This document shows, piece after piece, positions 53,274-62,494 of a stretch of 64,000 bases of DNA. The notes beneath the pieces are model-generated. The model worked only from the letters and a program-made list of their open reading frames with translations, was not told where the DNA came from and did no database searches. The stretch spans positions 12,011 through 76,010 of the forward strand of contig CALMKJ010000156.1 in the NCBI GenBank assembly GCA_937867305.1, in the 5' to 3' direction. Positions within the stretch are counted from its first letter, which is position 1. Every line of letters begins with the position of its first letter. A program made the position numbers and the translations under genes. Origin of the DNA: an uncultured Ectothiorhodospiraceae bacterium (GTDB lineage: Bacteria; Pseudomonadota; Gammaproteobacteria; JAABTG01).

Positions 53274-53654
53274 ATGAGCACCCTGATGTCCCCGGTGGCC
53301 ACGGCCGCCCGCCACTTGAACACCCGGTTCTCCGGCGCAAGCCCCGAGGACTGCGACCTGCCGATGGCTCACCGGTCGGTGTCGGTGCCCGCGTCGACGA
53401 AGCCGACGGCGGCACCGTTCCGGACCGCGAACTCGTTGGAGGCGTTGGAGCACCGGTTCCTGACGATGTCCCCGACTGACGAGTCCGGGTCGGAGTACCG
53501 GTTCCTGCGTGCCTCGTACCTGGTTCGCCGGGACGAGATCGACCCGCTGGGCGAACGCGCCTGGTGCCGGTCGTGCCGGGGCGAGACCCACGGCGTCGAC
53601 GGGGTGCCGTCCCCGCACTTGGACGCGCGCGGCCGCCGGTGCCAGAACCGTTGA
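53274..53654 (+). CDS. hypothetical protein (126 aa) with C-terminal CRSCRG...C zinc-ribbon-like motif
   Basis: Track ORF; class-1 motif CCCGCACACC 9 nt upstream. Confidence 0.45.
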   Translation: MSTLMSPVATAARHLNTRFSGASPEDCDLPMAHRSVSVPASTKPTAAPFRTANSLEALEHRFLTMSPTDESGSEYRFLRASYLVRRDEIDPLGERAWCRSCRGETHGVDGVPSPHLDARGRRCQNR

Positions 53655-53681
53655 CGCTCCGGCGTTGGCGCATGGTGTCGG

Positions 53682-55571
53682 GTGTCCACTGACCGACCTT
53701 CGAGAGGCTGCGCGTTGTCCAGCATCGAACGCATCCGCATCAACCTTCCGGACGGCTTCGACCCGGCCCGCCACCAACGGGCGTTGGAGGCGCTGATCGC
53801 GAAGAAGCACGGCGACGGTTTCGAGGTCGAGTCGATCGACCCGAAGACCAGGACCGCGATCGCGTCACGACAGGTGACGATCACGGAGGTGACCCAGGCT
53901 GAGCAGTCCGACTCGTTCGAGGTGCGTCTGGCCCGCGGCACGAAGCCCACGGACGGGGACCGGGTGGAGGCGAAGCTGATGGACTCCTACCCCGGCTACT
54001 TCATGACCCGGTTCGAGCCGTTCCTCGGCAAAGCCACGCTGACCCGGTTGACCGACGACGAGGCACGGTGCCGGGGTGCTGCGGCGGTCGCGTTGGGGGT
54101 GAAACCGTGGGACGTGCAGGTGCGGTCCCGCGTCGACGGTGGCTACGACCTGGACTTGCCGAAGTCCTACGCACCGTCGAAGAGCGAGAAGCTCGACGAG
54201 GTGGCGACCGTGGTGGTGGGCCGGCCCGGTTGGTACACCCGGATCGACGCACAGAAGCTGACCGCATCCTTGATCCCGGCGGACCCGCCGACGTTCCCGG
54301 CCATCATCCCGTTCCCGGTGAACCGGCTCGGCAAGGGCGACGTGATGAGCACCCCGTTCGGGTTCCGTCTCGCCGCTCCTGGTGAGGCGGACGGCCAACC
54401 GATCACGATCGACTGGCGTGCGTCCGGGTCGCTGCTCGTCAGTGGCCTCGCGAACGGAGGGAAATCGGTGACCATCACCGCGATCCTGGCGGACCGGGTG
54501 TCGAACGGGGCCGCACTGGCGATTGTGGACACGGCCGACAAAGCGGTCGACTTCAAGCCGTTCAAAGACTTGTGCGCGGTCGAGTCGGTCAACGGCAAGG
54601 TCATCCCGACGTGGGGGTGCGACTCGTTGGGCGCGTCGGTCGCCGTGTTGGCGATGCTGTGCGAGGAAGGGCAGGCCCGCGCGAAAGTGTTGGCCCGGCT
54701 CGGGGTGAACAACTGGCTGGACCTGCCGGACGGGCAGAAGTTCCGGCCCATCTTCATCGTCGCTGACGAGTACGAGGCTCTGGTGTCTCGGGTGCCGGAG
54801 CCGAAGGCGTTGCCGAAAGACCACCCGATCCGGGTGGAGGCGATCCGGGAGAACATGGCGCACGACCTGATCGCGCACTACATGAACCGGATCGTCAAAG
54901 AGTTCCGGTTCGTCGGGTTGAACCCGCTGATCTCGACTCAGGTGTCGAACGCGAGCACCGGGTTGCCGCCGTCGCTGAAAGGCAAGATGGGGCACTTCGT
55001 GTTGTGCGGCTCAGCCCCTTCGGACCCGGCCCGCCGGCAGGCGTTCCCTGACGAACGGTCGGTGCCGAGGGTGCCGGAGCATGTGGCGTCGGCGGGCCCG
55101 GTGGCCCGGGGTACCGGGTCGGCGAAGATCGAAGGTGGCGGCGCGTACGTGTTCAAGTCGTACTTCGCGCAGATCAACGACTACCAGGCGGCGTTGCACG
55201 GGCTGGGGGTGCAGCGGTTCACCGAACGTCAGGTGACGCCAACCCAGTCGCAGATCGACACGTACCTGCCGACGTTAGACGAAGACGACGGCGACAGCTC
55301 GCCGTCGGGTCGTGCGCGTGGCGGGGAACGTGCCCCGTCCGGTCGGTCCGCCGCTGAGGTGGCCGCGGAGATGGGCGACGAAGTGGGCGTGGCGATGCAC
55401 GACGGGTCGTACGGGTCCGGGTTCGAGAAAGCGAACGCGATGCGGAACCTGGCCGCCGGTGGCGGGGTGACCCGCAAGCAGAAAGCCGAGGCCGCGGAGG
55501 AGGCCGAGTACGCGGCCCGGTCCGGTGCCGTGACGGTGACGCATCGGGAACCGGACGCCGACGGCTGGTGA
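53682..55571 (+). CDS. FtsK/HerA-superfamily ATPase (629 aa) with atypical P-loop LANGGKS
   Basis: Walker A-like LLVSGLANGGKSVTITAIL; Walker B IFIVADEYEALV; acidic Gly-rich tail; class-3 motif just upstream. Confidence 0.5.
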   Translation: MSTDRPSRGCALSSIERIRINLPDGFDPARHQRALEALIAKKHGDGFEVESIDPKTRTAIASRQVTITEVTQAEQSDSFEVRLARGTKPTDGDRVEAKLMDSYPGYFMTRFEPFLGKATLTRLTDDEARCRGAAAVALGVKPWDVQVRSRVDGGYDLDLPKSYAPSKSEKLDEVATVVVGRPGWYTRIDAQKLTASLIPADPPTFPAIIPFPVNRLGKGDVMSTPFGFRLAAPGEADGQPITIDWRASGSLLVSGLANGGKSVTITAILADRVSNGAALAIVDTADKAVDFKPFKDLCAVESVNGKVIPTWGCDSLGASVAVLAMLCEEGQARAKVLARLGVNNWLDLPDGQKFRPIFIVADEYEALVSRVPEPKALPKDHPIRVEAIRENMAHDLIAHYMNRIVKEFRFVGLNPLISTQVSNASTGLPPSLKGKMGHFVLCGSAPSDPARRQAFPDERSVPRVPEHVASAGPVARGTGSAKIEGGGAYVFKSYFAQINDYQAALHGLGVQRFTERQVTPTQSQIDTYLPTLDEDDGDSSPSGRARGGERAPSGRSAAEVAAEMGDEVGVAMHDGSYGSGFEKANAMRNLAAGGGVTRKQKAEAAEEAEYAARSGAVTVTHREPDADGW

Positions 55572-55581
55572 GTCCAAGGCG

Positions 55582-56589
55582 GTGCCTTTGCGCATGGTGT
55601 GGGGCGTCCCCCCTGAACTGCGTGAAAGGCGCCTGTCTGCGATGGCTGTCCACCTGCACGACACCGGTTCGCTGGTGCCTGCGGTCGTCCGTGCGCTTGC
55701 CGGCGTCGGGGTGGGCCATGGTCCGTTGCACGCGGTCACCATCCCGCCGTCGTGCAACACGTTCATCACCGACGGTGAGGCCGTGTTCGTGAAGGTGACG
55801 ACCGGTCCGACCGACCACGAGTACCTGGTGGCCAAGCACCTGGTCTCCGACCGGTTCCCGACACCGGAGCCGTTGACTCCTCCGACGACCGTGTCGCTCG
55901 GCCCGGGCCGGGAGGTGTGCCTGCTGCCGTACCGCTTCCACCGTGCTCACGCGACCGCGGTGTCGGCAGCAGAGACCGGTCACCTGGCTGGTCTGTTGTG
56001 GGGCGCCCGGCCACCGGTGTCTGCCCGCGGCACCCACTGGCATGCGTTGTTGTCCGCCTCGACGCGCAACGTCGACGGGGTCACGTGTGAGGAAACGGCT
56101 GGGCTGCTGCGGGGTCTGTTGGCTTCGACGGCGGACGCGTTGACCGAGTACACCCGGGTCCGGACCCCCAAGTCGGTGTTCGCTCACGGCGACTTGCACC
56201 GCCGGAACACGATGCGTGCCGAGTCGGGCGGTGCGATGCTGCTCGACTGGGAACGGGCCGGGGTGTGGTGGCCGGAGATGGAATGTGCCAAGTTCGTGCA
56301 GACATCTCTCACTGAACGGGAACATGCCGCACCGGACGGGTCGGTGTTCACTGAGAGGTCCAGTGACGTCGAGGCGTTCCTGGTGGCTTCCGAGGAGGCG
56401 TTGGGCCGGCCGTTGGACCTGGACCTCTTGGACTTGTGTGTGCGGTTCCGGGCCGCGGGTGCTGCCGCGTACCAGGCCCGGTGGGGCGTTCGGGAGGACA
56501 GACCAGACTGGTTCGACGCGGGTGTCGCGTTGGCTCGTGACGGCGTGGCCGCTGCCGGCTCGGAGCCCGGGCAGCAGGTGCTCGCATGA
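55582..56589 (+). CDS. APH/choline-kinase-family phosphotransferase
   Basis: Catalytic loop VFAHGDLHRRN and MLLDWERAG (the HGDLHxxN ... DWE signature); start inside class-3 motif. Confidence 0.5.
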   Translation: MPLRMVWGVPPELRERRLSAMAVHLHDTGSLVPAVVRALAGVGVGHGPLHAVTIPPSCNTFITDGEAVFVKVTTGPTDHEYLVAKHLVSDRFPTPEPLTPPTTVSLGPGREVCLLPYRFHRAHATAVSAAETGHLAGLLWGARPPVSARGTHWHALLSASTRNVDGVTCEETAGLLRGLLASTADALTEYTRVRTPKSVFAHGDLHRRNTMRAESGGAMLLDWERAGVWWPEMECAKFVQTSLTEREHAAPDGSVFTERSSDVEAFLVASEEALGRPLDLDLLDLCVRFRAAGAAAYQARWGVREDRPDWFDAGVALARDGVAAAGSEPGQQVLA

Positions 56590-57059
56590 GGACCGCGCCC
56601 GCCGTTGCCGTGCACCCGACCCAGCAGTTCCCGGTTCGCGCGTTGCATGTCTTGGCTCTCGACGTGATCGTGGACCAGCCCGCGTACGCTCCCGCAGTCG
56701 TCGACGGCACCCAGACGGTCCAGCAGTGGTTGTGGACTCGGATCGCGTCGTGGCACCGGGCGCTGATGGTCTCCGAGGAGGACATGGCCGGTTACATCGG
56801 GGTGCGCACCGACGCCCCGGACGGACCGGAGTTGTCCCGTCTCCTGGTCCACCCGTCCCACCGTGACGACGGGACGGCACGGGTCCTCGTCGACTCGTCC
56901 ATCGACCGGTTCGGCCCGGACCTGCGCGCCGTGGTGGTGCCGGGGTACCCCAGCCACACGTTGCTACACTCGCTCGGCTGGGTGGAGACAGGCCCGGTGT
57001 CCGCCACGCCCGCAGTCGAGCCGATCGTGCTCGTGCACCCGTCTGCGGTGAACCACTGA
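56586..57059 (+). CDS. GNAT-family acetyltransferase (probable)
   Basis: LLVHPSHRDDGTARVLVD resembles GNAT motif A; ATGA coupling to the kinase gene. Confidence 0.4.
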   Translation: MRTAPAVAVHPTQQFPVRALHVLALDVIVDQPAYAPAVVDGTQTVQQWLWTRIASWHRALMVSEEDMAGYIGVRTDAPDGPELSRLLVHPSHRDDGTARVLVDSSIDRFGPDLRAVVVPGYPSHTLLHSLGWVETGPVSATPAVEPIVLVHPSAVNH

Positions 57060-57352
57060 TGGACGCTGTCGCAGTCCTCGGCGTCGTCGCCACGCTTGGC
57101 GGCGTCCTGCTGGGCTTGTCCCCTGTGATGCAGATGCGCGTGGTCGTGGCCCGCCGCTCGGCCGAAGGCGTGTCTTTGGGGTACTGGCTGGTCCTGGTCG
57201 TGGCGATGGGCTTGTGGTTGGCGTACGGCCTGGTTTCCCGCAACGCCGCCATCATCGTTGCGAACACCGTGTCCTGCACCGTCGGGGCGGCGATGATCGT
57301 CGTCCTCCTCCGGTACCGGAACGGTGTTTTCGAGCCGGAGGAACCGTCGTGA
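57059..57352 (+). CDS. small 3-TM membrane protein (97 aa)
   Basis: Track ORF; hydrophobic; TGATG coupling. Confidence 0.4.
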   Translation: MDAVAVLGVVATLGGVLLGLSPVMQMRVVVARRSAEGVSLGYWLVLVVAMGLWLAYGLVSRNAAIIVANTVSCTVGAAMIVVLLRYRNGVFEPEEPS

Positions 57353-58182
57353 CGACGATGTCGTTGCACGGCCTGCACACGCAGCCGCGGCAACGGTCCA
57401 CGTTGACCCCGCACGGGGTGTGTACCGCTCACTTCGGTGAGCTGCACGAACCGTTGCTGCGGTTCATCACCGCCTCGGAGGTCGTCGTCGGGTGCGTCGC
57501 CTGGGTCACGTCGTCGAAGATCCTCGACGCTCTCGCACAACGACCGGTCGCGTTGGTCGTGCAGAAGGAGAACTGGTGGAAGAAGCGTGACGCCAGGGGC
57601 ACCGCGTTGGCTCGCCGGTACGCCGCGTTGACCGGTGGGCTGCCCGCGTCCGCGTTCCCTGACCCGCTGGGTACGAAGTCGTTCCGCGGCAAACCAGTCC
57701 CCAACGACGCTGTGATGGCACCGATCGCGTGCGTCGGGTACGGGTCCGGCAGCCAGTTCCAGCCGTTGATGCACCACAAGTTCATCGTCCGGTGCGTCGT
57801 CGGCCCGGACGGGCGCCTCGGCCCGACCGCGGTGTGGACCGGGTCGTTCAACTTCAGTGCGAACGCGAACGACTCGTTCGAGAACGCGGTCGAGATCCAT
57901 GACCCGGTGGTTGCGGCCGGCTACCTGGCCGAGTTCGCGTTGGCCGCGTCGTTGTCGGAACCGATGAACTGGCGCCTGACCCGACCGAACCCGAAAGGTG
58001 CCGCGTCAGGGGCCGTCCCGTTCGCTCCGTTGCCGGCGAAACCGAAAGCGACCACGGCCCGGGTCGTAAAAGGTACGGCGAAGAAACGTGCGCGCAGCGC
58101 CACCGCTACACCACGGGCGGCACAGAGGAAGAGACCCGTGAAGATGACGACCGCCCGCACCCCGCGACGCAAGGCCGCGTAG
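57349..58182 (+). CDS. phospholipase D-family (Nuc-like) nuclease
   Basis: HKD motif PLMHHKFIVRCVVGPDG...TGSFNFSANANDSFEN (HxK-x4-D-x6-GSxN); GTGA overlap with the upstream stop; Lys/Ala-rich C-terminal tail. Confidence 0.55.
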   Translation: MTTMSLHGLHTQPRQRSTLTPHGVCTAHFGELHEPLLRFITASEVVVGCVAWVTSSKILDALAQRPVALVVQKENWWKKRDARGTALARRYAALTGGLPASAFPDPLGTKSFRGKPVPNDAVMAPIACVGYGSGSQFQPLMHHKFIVRCVVGPDGRLGPTAVWTGSFNFSANANDSFENAVEIHDPVVAAGYLAEFALAASLSEPMNWRLTRPNPKGAASGAVPFAPLPAKPKATTARVVKGTAKKRARSATATPRAAQRKRPVKMTTARTPRRKAA

Positions 58183-58199
58183 GAACAAGGAGCCGACCC

Positions 58200-58760
58200 A
58201 TGATCGACCAGAGCCACATGCTTCCCGAAGATGTGCGTGAACGTGTCCGCCGTGAGGTGACCGGCCAGATCGGCGCGGAGAACCACCGCCTCATCCGGGC
58301 GGTGGCGGTCCGGGTCCTCCTCACGTTGGCGTTGGTCAGCTACGTCCTGATCACGTTGGACACGGTGGAGGATGAGCCTGAGTTCTTCGCGCTCATGTTC
58401 GCGTCCGTGACCGCGTTGGCGGGCCTGGTCGCGGCTGATGCGTCGTTGCGGATCCCGCAACTGTTCGCCGGCGCGGTGGCGAGGCGTCAGCCGTTCGCGA
58501 TCCCGGCGGACCCGAGCCGTTGGTTGAAGTGGGCGACTGTCGGTGCGTCCGCGACGTTGTGGGTGCTGCCGTTGAGCGCGGGCACGGGGACTTTCCTTTC
58601 CGGTGTTGCGTTGGCGGTTGCGTTGCTGCCTGTCTTGTTCTTCGTTTCCAACGTGGTGTTGCGTGCGTCGTTGGCTCAGTGGGTCGGGTTGCCGGCCCGG
58701 GTCACGATGGACCTCGTGTCGGGTCGAGACGGCGACGCTGATCCGCGCACTGGTGCATGA
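58200..58760 (+). CDS. integral membrane protein (186 aa)
   Basis: Track ORF; GGAACAAGGAG RBS; 4-5 predicted TM helices. Confidence 0.45.
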   Translation: MIDQSHMLPEDVRERVRREVTGQIGAENHRLIRAVAVRVLLTLALVSYVLITLDTVEDEPEFFALMFASVTALAGLVAADASLRIPQLFAGAVARRQPFAIPADPSRWLKWATVGASATLWVLPLSAGTGTFLSGVALAVALLPVLFFVSNVVLRASLAQWVGLPARVTMDLVSGRDGDADPRTGA

Positions 58761-58788
58761 GGCGGGTCTTCCCGCACACAACCCAGCC

Positions 58789-61764
58789 ATGAATGACGGC
58801 ACCCCTGGCGACCGGATCGCCGCGCTGCGCGCCGAGATCGAACATGTCCAACGCGACGTCGCCGACCTGACCGGGCCGGACGCGGCGTCCAAGGAGGTTG
58901 TCTCGCTCGGTTCCGGTGGTGTCCCGGCGGAGGTGACGCGCGCCCAGTTGGCGCAGGTCCGGGGACGAGCGTTGAAGCAGGCTCAGCGTCTGGAGTCGTT
59001 GCGCAAGCAGCTTGTCGCCGAGTACGAGGCGCAGGCGCGCGCCGTGAGGAAAGAGCTGGACGCCCTGATCGTCCCGTTGCGTGAGCAGATGGCCCGCATG
59101 GAGGAGGGCCTGTGGACGGTGAACCTGTACCTGGGCCGCGACGAGGAGATCGTGCAGCTTCTCGACGGGGAGCCGGCACCGGTCGAATCCCCGATCTCGT
59201 TGCGCCAGCAGGTGCTGTCCATGGACGAGGAGACGGCCGCGTTCGCGGAGACCGGCGGCATCGACGCCCGCAACATCGACGTGTTCGACGAATGGGTGAA
59301 GAACCCGGCGCATCTGGCGCAGGTGTTCCCTGAGCCGAAAGGTGTCGTCGTGCTGGTGCCGCGACACCGGGGCCGCGACTATGAGGACCCGTGGGTCAAC
59401 CGGGCGATGCGGGAAGAGAACGCCTGGTCGTACTTCCTCATCCGCAACGGTGAACGGTTGTACCGGATGCGCACCGACTTCGTGGTCGGGAAGCACCTGA
59501 TTCCGACGACGACCGAGTTCACTGGCCTGTTCTCGGGGCGCCGTTTCAACCCGGAGACCCGGACCGATGAGGTGTACGAACTGACCCCGGGCACTCGGGA
59601 ATGGGACGCCGCCGCGAAGTCCCAGGACGCCCGGCAACGGCACTTCATGCGGATGGCGTTGGTCCTGCAAGGTCTGGTCGACCGGACGACCGTGTGGCAC
59701 CCGCTCCCGCCCCACGGAGTGAACCTGTTGAGCAACGACACGTACGCGCACGGCACCGCGGTCCTGGTACGGGACGCCGAACACGTGTTGACGGACGGAC
59801 GGGACGACTTCTTCACGTGGCTCTCGAAGCTGACCGACCAGATGCGCCCCGGCATGAGAATCCTCGGTGCGTTCAACACCGACGAGTTCCGTCATGCCGG
59901 CGGCTGGCGCGCCCCGTCCAGCGACGACGGGTGGCGTGGGCGTACGAGCGACCGGGTCAGCCCGAACGGGTCCGAGTTCCCCGCCACTGGTGTGATTCAC
60001 CGGTTGGAGGGCCGCAAGACGCTGCACGACGTGCAGGGGTTCACGTTCAAGTTCGAGCGGGTGCGGAAGTCGTACATCGACGACGAGTACCGGGCCCCGA
60101 AGACCCGTGGGACGTGCACGGTCCTGCCCGGCGACAAGTTCGTGTTGCCGTACGACCTGGTCACCGTCGAAGAGATGCGGTACTACCTCGGTTCGCGGCG
60201 GCAGCGAGGCGCCTACGAGTACATGTTCCCGCTCCTGCACGCCGCTATCGCAGCCAAGGAGGCGGAAGCGGCCGAGGAGGCGCCGTTCCGGGGGCTGCTG
60301 GCCGGTGAACTGGCGAAGACGGACCCGTCGTTGACGTTCGACGAGGCGACTGTCGTGGCCGACGAACTGGTGCACTGGTGGAAGTTCACGAACCGGTACC
60401 ACCGTGCCCTGAACGGCGACCCGACCCATGAGGCGCAGGCGGTTCGCGACATCGTGGCTGAGCACCGGGCTCGCAGGTCGGCGGCGTCGGTCCAGTCTGG
60501 TGATGAGCCCGCGGAGCAGGCGATGGTGGAGCGGCTGCTTGCCGAAGACCCGTCGATCATGGTGGTGGCCCGTAAGCGTGACGGCCGGTACTTGGCGTTC
60601 GCCCCGCAACCCCGGGTCTACCCGGCCGGGAAGGTGGGGCACCCGGCCACGAACGTGGCGCAGCCGCGTCCGTTGACGCCGCAGGAGGTCGAAGCGTTCA
60701 AGGCGAAGCAGCATTGGATGTTCCGTGACCGTGACCCGGAGGCGGGCCGGCTGGTGTTCGCGGCGGTCGCCGACAACGTGTGGGCCGTCGAGTACGTCGT
60801 GTCGAAGACGGGTCGTTCGACGAAGCGCCGCGAATGGGTGCAGCCCGGCAACAGGTTGGATCGGACCCGCGTCCTGTACTCCTCGCAGATGTGGGACGAG
60901 TTCGACATGCACGCCAGCGCGAACGCCCACCTGACCGACGTCGAGATCGACGACGTGATCAGCCAGGTCGTGCCCGAAGTGGAGGCGTACGCGATGGCAG
61001 GGTGGCCCACGTGGCGCAGTCGAGCCGAACCGGTTGTCCCGCTGATCCTCGGGGTGTGCCTGCGTGTCGACGGCGACACTCCCCGGTTCGAGGTTCACCT
61101 GATCTCGGACGAACTGCCTGGTCCGGTGACGGCGGAGCTCTCACCCGAGCCGTGGCGCGCAGAGATGACCGCCGGGGTGGTCATGGTCCCGTTCACGAAG
61201 ACCGTCCGCACCGGGGTCGTGCTGCACCGCGACGACGGTGACGGTGCGGCACCGTGGGGTTTGCGGTTCCGTAAGCCGAGGTACTCGACGGCGACGTTGG
61301 ACCGGCCGTGGCACTACTACTGGGACGGCCGGGCACAGGACGCGATCGCGTTGGTCACGTTCCCCGGCAACCAGGCTGTCGCCGTCGCACAGGCCGAGGC
61401 GATCAAAGCACACAACGCACGGGTCGACGACCTGTATGAGCGGGCCCGCCGACCGGTCGCCGTGGTCAAGAAGGCGTGGGAGGCCCGGGCCGAGAAGGAG
61501 GCGTATGTGCGGTTCCTCGAGGAGTACGCGGACCCCGAGCTGTGGGAGTCGCACAAGGAGACGTTGCGCGGTCTGGAAGCGAACATCCACCCGGCAGGCC
61601 GGGGCATCCCGAAGGTGCTCGACGAGGCGTTGCGCCGGTTCGTTCTCGACGGCCGGTCGTTCGAGGGGCACACGGTCCGGTCGGTGGTCGAGTCGTGCGG
61701 CCTGTTCGTGGACGGTGTCGCCGAAGACCTGCTGGACCTGCCTGTGTGGGAGGCGGGCGAATGA
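58789..61764 (+). CDS. large hypothetical protein (about 991 aa), no P-loop detected
   Basis: Internal ATG (MNDGTPGDR...) of track ORF 58603..61764, 8 nt after a class-1 motif (GGTGCATG-N12-CCCGCACAC); coiled-coil-like N-terminus. Confidence 0.5.
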   Translation: MNDGTPGDRIAALRAEIEHVQRDVADLTGPDAASKEVVSLGSGGVPAEVTRAQLAQVRGRALKQAQRLESLRKQLVAEYEAQARAVRKELDALIVPLREQMARMEEGLWTVNLYLGRDEEIVQLLDGEPAPVESPISLRQQVLSMDEETAAFAETGGIDARNIDVFDEWVKNPAHLAQVFPEPKGVVVLVPRHRGRDYEDPWVNRAMREENAWSYFLIRNGERLYRMRTDFVVGKHLIPTTTEFTGLFSGRRFNPETRTDEVYELTPGTREWDAAAKSQDARQRHFMRMALVLQGLVDRTTVWHPLPPHGVNLLSNDTYAHGTAVLVRDAEHVLTDGRDDFFTWLSKLTDQMRPGMRILGAFNTDEFRHAGGWRAPSSDDGWRGRTSDRVSPNGSEFPATGVIHRLEGRKTLHDVQGFTFKFERVRKSYIDDEYRAPKTRGTCTVLPGDKFVLPYDLVTVEEMRYYLGSRRQRGAYEYMFPLLHAAIAAKEAEAAEEAPFRGLLAGELAKTDPSLTFDEATVVADELVHWWKFTNRYHRALNGDPTHEAQAVRDIVAEHRARRSAASVQSGDEPAEQAMVERLLAEDPSIMVVARKRDGRYLAFAPQPRVYPAGKVGHPATNVAQPRPLTPQEVEAFKAKQHWMFRDRDPEAGRLVFAAVADNVWAVEYVVSKTGRSTKRREWVQPGNRLDRTRVLYSSQMWDEFDMHASANAHLTDVEIDDVISQVVPEVEAYAMAGWPTWRSRAEPVVPLILGVCLRVDGDTPRFEVHLISDELPGPVTAELSPEPWRAEMTAGVVMVPFTKTVRTGVVLHRDDGDGAAPWGLRFRKPRYSTATLDRPWHYYWDGRAQDAIALVTFPGNQAVAVAQAEAIKAHNARVDDLYERARRPVAVVKKAWEARAEKEAYVRFLEEYADPELWESHKETLRGLEANIHPAGRGIPKVLDEALRRFVLDGRSFEGHTVRSVVESCGLFVDGVAEDLLDLPVWEAGE

Positions 61765-62174
61765 CGCACGAGGCCGAGGTGCACGCCACCGGTCTCTCCG
61801 CACACAACCCGGACGTGACCAGCTTCCAGGTGTTCCGCCGCGTCGGAACCAAGAACGAGACCTGCCTGTACGGCGGCCGGCACACGGTCGTGTACGTCGA
61901 TTCGGTCTGGGTGACCCCGACGGGCGAGACCCGGCCTTACGACAACGGCTACGAGACGGGCGAGAACAAGCTGTTCGTCGACCAGGACGGCGAGGTGTAC
62001 GAGCGCGTCCAAGGCTTCGACTACTGCAGTGTCCCGCGGTGGGTCCGTGACAGCGACCGGAAGCGGTTCGAGCGCAGGTGGACCGACCCGGCCCGCGAAC
62101 TGACCGGCAACGGCTTGAACGGGTGCCCTTCCGGCGCCCCGTGGTGGGCTGTCGAAGACGAGCGCCGCCATTGA
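61761..62174 (+). CDS. hypothetical protein (137 aa)
   Basis: ATGA overlap with the upstream stop; tail of track ORF 61476..62174. Confidence 0.45.
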   Translation: MTHEAEVHATGLSAHNPDVTSFQVFRRVGTKNETCLYGGRHTVVYVDSVWVTPTGETRPYDNGYETGENKLFVDQDGEVYERVQGFDYCSVPRWVRDSDRKRFERRWTDPARELTGNGLNGCPSGAPWWAVEDERRH

Positions 62175-62416
62175 ACCGGGAGCCGAATCCGGCGGTCGGT
62201 CAGCGGTGGGTCCGCCGGGGCGACGGAACACTGTGGCGCGTCATTGGCCGGCGGCGCTCCGGATGGGTGCTGTCCAGTGGACCGGGACGTGTCCTGGTCG
62301 TCGGTCTGCACGAGTTGATCACCGACTTCGACCATGCGGGGTGCGACCACGACTACGCCTGCTGTTTCGAGCACGGGACGCACACGAACCCGCACCGAGG
62401 CTGCATGCTGCGCTGA
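62171..62416 (+). CDS. small Cys/His-rich protein (81 aa), TTG start
   Basis: Overlapping ATTGA junction; C-terminal CDHDYACCFEHGTHTNPHRGC cluster suggests metal binding. Confidence 0.3.
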   Translation: MNREPNPAVGQRWVRRGDGTLWRVIGRRRSGWVLSSGPGRVLVVGLHELITDFDHAGCDHDYACCFEHGTHTNPHRGCMLR

Positions 62417-62494
62417 GCGGTCGTCGGGGTGCGTGGAATGGCCCTCGTTTGCGCATGACCCTATGTAGAGGTTGTTGAAAGAAAAGGTCCCGTC

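Noticed and set aside
55219-58892. 893-aa and 323-aa minus-strand ORFs
   Set aside because: Antisense to the kinase / GNAT / PLD operon; low-complexity.
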